From: an uncultured bacterium
GTDB taxonomy: Bacteria; Actinomycetota; Thermoleophilia; Gaiellales; F1-60-MAGs149
Direction of reading: 5' to 3'
DNA: 49,995 nucleotides
NCBI GenBank assembly: GCA_963923625.1
Contig: CAWUMZ010000001.1
Location: forward strand, 1 to 49,995
A program made the translations under genes and the position numbers. Shown here in pieces: positions 47,921 to 49,995 of this stretch. How positions within the stretch are numbered: the stretch's first letter is position 1; each line of letters starts with the position of its first letter. Under the pieces are notes generated by a model. The model made no database searches. It was given only the letters and a program-made list of their open reading frames with translations, and was not told the DNA's origin.

Positions 47921-49995
47921 ATGGTGTTCGCCGCTGATCGCGCGCTCCGTCCGGTTGACGTCTCCGACGTGGAGCGCCGGGCGCTGCTCCTGCCCGGCGT
48001 GATCGGCGTCGCGCCGGGTCGAGCGGCGGATCTCGTCGAGGTGACGTACGACCCCGAGCGGCTCAATCCCGAGCTTCTGCGTCTCCAGCTCGAGAGCCCC
48101 TACCTGCGACTCGCGGGCAAGGATCCGCTGGGCCAGCGCCTCGCCGCGGCCTTCGCGCCCCGCCGCATCGGGCACACGGTCTCGTTGCTCGCGCACGCGC
48201 CGAACCGCATCGCGATCGGCTTCGTCGCGGCCACGCTGCTGCTGCTGATCGTCGGCGTCATCGTCGAGCGATTCTCGTTCGCCGCCGCGCTCCCGATCTG
48301 GGGGGTCGCGTTCTTCACCGGCGGCTGGTTCGCGCTTCGCACCACGATCGCGTCGCTGCGCCACCGCTCGCTCGACGTGGACCTGCTGATGCTCATCGCC
48401 GCGGCCGGCGCGTACTCCGTCGAGGCCTTCTGGGAGGGAGCGGTCCTGCTGTTCCTGTTCTCGCTCGGCAACGTCCTCGAGGAGTTCGCGCTCGGGCGCA
48501 CCGAGGCCTCGATCCGCGCGCTGATGGATCTGAGGCCCGAGACGGTCACGATCAAGGAGGCGGACGGGGCCGAGCGCACGGTGCCGATCGACGAGATCGC
48601 GCCCGGCATGGTCGCGATCGTCCGTCCCGGTGACCGCATCCCCGTTGACGGCACCGTCGCCGACGGCCGCTCCGCGGTCGACCAGTCCGCGATCACCGGC
48701 GAGTCGATGCCCGTGCCGCGCGACGTCGGCGATCCCGTGATGGCGGGCAGCGTCAACCTCGACGGCTATCTCGAGATCCGCATCGACCGGCGCGCGGATG
48801 ACACGGTGCTCGCGAAGGTGATCGACCTCGTGCGCGACGCGCGCGAGCAGCGGGCGCCGGCGCAGCGCATGCTCGACCGCTACCAGCCGATCTACGTTGT
48901 TGGCGTGCTCGGCATCTCCGGGGGCGCGCTCGCCGTGCTGCTCCTGATGGGACACTCGTTCTCGGCGGCGTTCCTGCAGTCGATGACGCTGCTCGTCGTC
49001 GCCTCGCCGTGCGCGCTCGTCATCTCCGTGCCCGCGACGATGCTGTCGGCGATCGCGTCAGGTGCGAGGCGCGGCATCCTCGTCAAGGGCTCCGGGCCGA
49101 TGGAGGGCATCGCGGAGCTGACGACGATCGCCTTCGACAAGACCGGGACGCTGACGAAGGGGCGCCCATCCGTGGTGGAAATCGGCGTGATCGGCGACGT
49201 ACCGGAGACCGAGGTGCTGCGCCTTGCGGCGGCCGTCGAGAGTCGCAGCGAGCACCACCTCGCCGTGGCGATCGTCGGCGAGGCTGCCGAGCGCGGACTC
49301 GAGCTGCCCGCATGCGACGACTTCTCCGCGAGCGTTGGACGAGGTGTGGCCGCGACGATCGAGGGGCGTGCGGTGCTCGCCGGCAATATCGACTTCCTCG
49401 TCGAGCGCGGCATTGCGACCGACGGGCCGTTCGAGGCGTTCCGCACCCGCATCGACACGGCGACGATCGTCGGCATCGTGCGCGACGGCGCGCTGATCGG
49501 CATGATCGCGGTGGCCGACGAACTGCGGCCCGAGTCGGCCGAGGCGATCCGGCGCCTCAAGGAGCTGGGGATCGAGACCGCGATGCTGTCGGGCGATCGG
49601 CAGGCGGTCGCGGACCGCGTGGCCGCGGAGATCGGCATCGACGAGCCGCTCGGCGACCTTCTGCCCGACCAGAAGGTCGAGCGAATCCGCGTCCTCGCCG
49701 GCGACGGCAAGATCGGCATGGTCGGCGACGGCGTCAACGACGCGCCGGCCCTCGCGGTCGCCGACGTCGGCATCGCGATGGGCGGCCGCGGCACCGACCA
49801 GGCGCTCGAGACCGCCGACGTCGTGCTGATGGCGGACCGCCTGCTCGACGTGCCGTACGCCATCGAGCTGGCGCGCCGCATGCGCCGCGTCGTGCGCCAG
49901 AACCTCGTCTTCGCCGGCAGCGTGATCATCACGCTCGCAGTGCTGACGCTGTTCGACAAGGTGCCGCTGCCGCTCGGCGTCGTCGGCCACGAGGG
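47921..49995 (+). CDS. heavy-metal translocating P1B-type ATPase (P1B-4-like, SPC motif), 3'-truncated by the window end
   Basis: Translated by hand because the open-ended ORF is absent from the track: TGES (AITGESMPV), VVASPCALVISVP, DKTGTLT, GDGVNDAPAL, and the window ends in ...GVVGHEG. The start is ATG 47921 or GTG 47903; an in-frame TAG lies at 47834-36. Confidence 0.9.
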   Translation, partial: MVFAADRALRPVDVSDVERRALLLPGVIGVAPGRAADLVEVTYDPERLNPELLRLQLESPYLRLAGKDPLGQRLAAAFAPRRIGHTVSLLAHAPNRIAIGFVAATLLLLIVGVIVERFSFAAALPIWGVAFFTGGWFALRTTIASLRHRSLDVDLLMLIAAAGAYSVEAFWEGAVLLFLFSLGNVLEEFALGRTEASIRALMDLRPETVTIKEADGAERTVPIDEIAPGMVAIVRPGDRIPVDGTVADGRSAVDQSAITGESMPVPRDVGDPVMAGSVNLDGYLEIRIDRRADDTVLAKVIDLVRDAREQRAPAQRMLDRYQPIYVVGVLGISGGALAVLLLMGHSFSAAFLQSMTLLVVASPCALVISVPATMLSAIASGARRGILVKGSGPMEGIAELTTIAFDKTGTLTKGRPSVVEIGVIGDVPETEVLRLAAAVESRSEHHLAVAIVGEAAERGLELPACDDFSASVGRGVAATIEGRAVLAGNIDFLVERGIATDGPFEAFRTRIDTATIVGIVRDGALIGMIAVADELRPESAEAIRRLKELGIETAMLSGDRQAVADRVAAEIGIDEPLGDLLPDQKVERIRVLAGDGKIGMVGDGVNDAPALAVADVGIAMGGRGTDQALETADVVLMADRLLDVPYAIELARRMRRVVRQNLVFAGSVIITLAVLTLFDKVPLPLGVVGHE

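Noticed and set aside
47753-49959. Minus-strand ORFs 47753..48955, 48100..48756, 48892..49959 and 49058..49990
   Set aside because: They are antisense to the plus-strand P-type ATPase (TGES, SPC, DKTGTLT and GDGVNDAP motifs all in one frame). The track omits that ORF because it has no stop within the window.

Overview
This is a very GC-rich (about 70% by eye), actinobacterial-type chromosomal segment. It probably comes from a draft or MAG contig, because nt 13-46 are an exact Illumina Nextera adapter. Gene calls rest on recognisable protein motifs, strong third-position GC bias in the chosen frame, Shine-Dalgarno-like sequences and ATGA/GTGA stop-start overlaps; nothing was searched against databases.

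Most of the window is housekeeping:
- hutU-hutF histidine utilisation genes
- a minus-strand cluster: small membrane protein, XerC/D-type recombinase, zinc-ribbon hypothetical, LuxR regulator, FAD oxidoreductase
- a secreted trypsin-like protease
- class II aldolase, PaaI thioesterase and GNAT genes
- malate synthase, a nitrilase and a PLP-dependent decarboxylase
- dtd, then rimP-nusA-ylxR-infB
- an MBL-fold hydrolase, ilvD and recQ
- a five-gene peptide (Opp/Dpp-type) ABC importer, divergent from a DUF917/hydantoinase pair
- valS-folC-ndk and two membrane proteins
- a 3'-truncated P1B-4-type metal ATPase that the ORF track omits because it runs off the window

I found no rRNA, tRNA, CRISPR array or transposase.

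The stand-out feature is a 9,018-nt gene (38739..47756, minus strand) encoding a 3,005-aa secreted protein. From N- to C-terminus it has a signal peptide, DUF11-like domains, PKD-like repeats and a Lys/Arg-rich linker. After that come two tandem copies of an unrecognised unit of about 340-360 aa, then a roughly 1,000-aa Gly/Ser/Thr/Asn-rich region ending in an 8-Cys/8-Trp module. Its last 1,705 residues contain a single Arg.

Other points worth a second look:
- a long palindromic repeat family with two copies at operon ends
- a NusA with an S4-like C-terminal domain
- a ylxR reading frame with no start codon downstream of the nusA stop
- several overlapping or abutting gene junctions

The many long alternative-frame and antisense ORFs in the track are high-GC artefacts.
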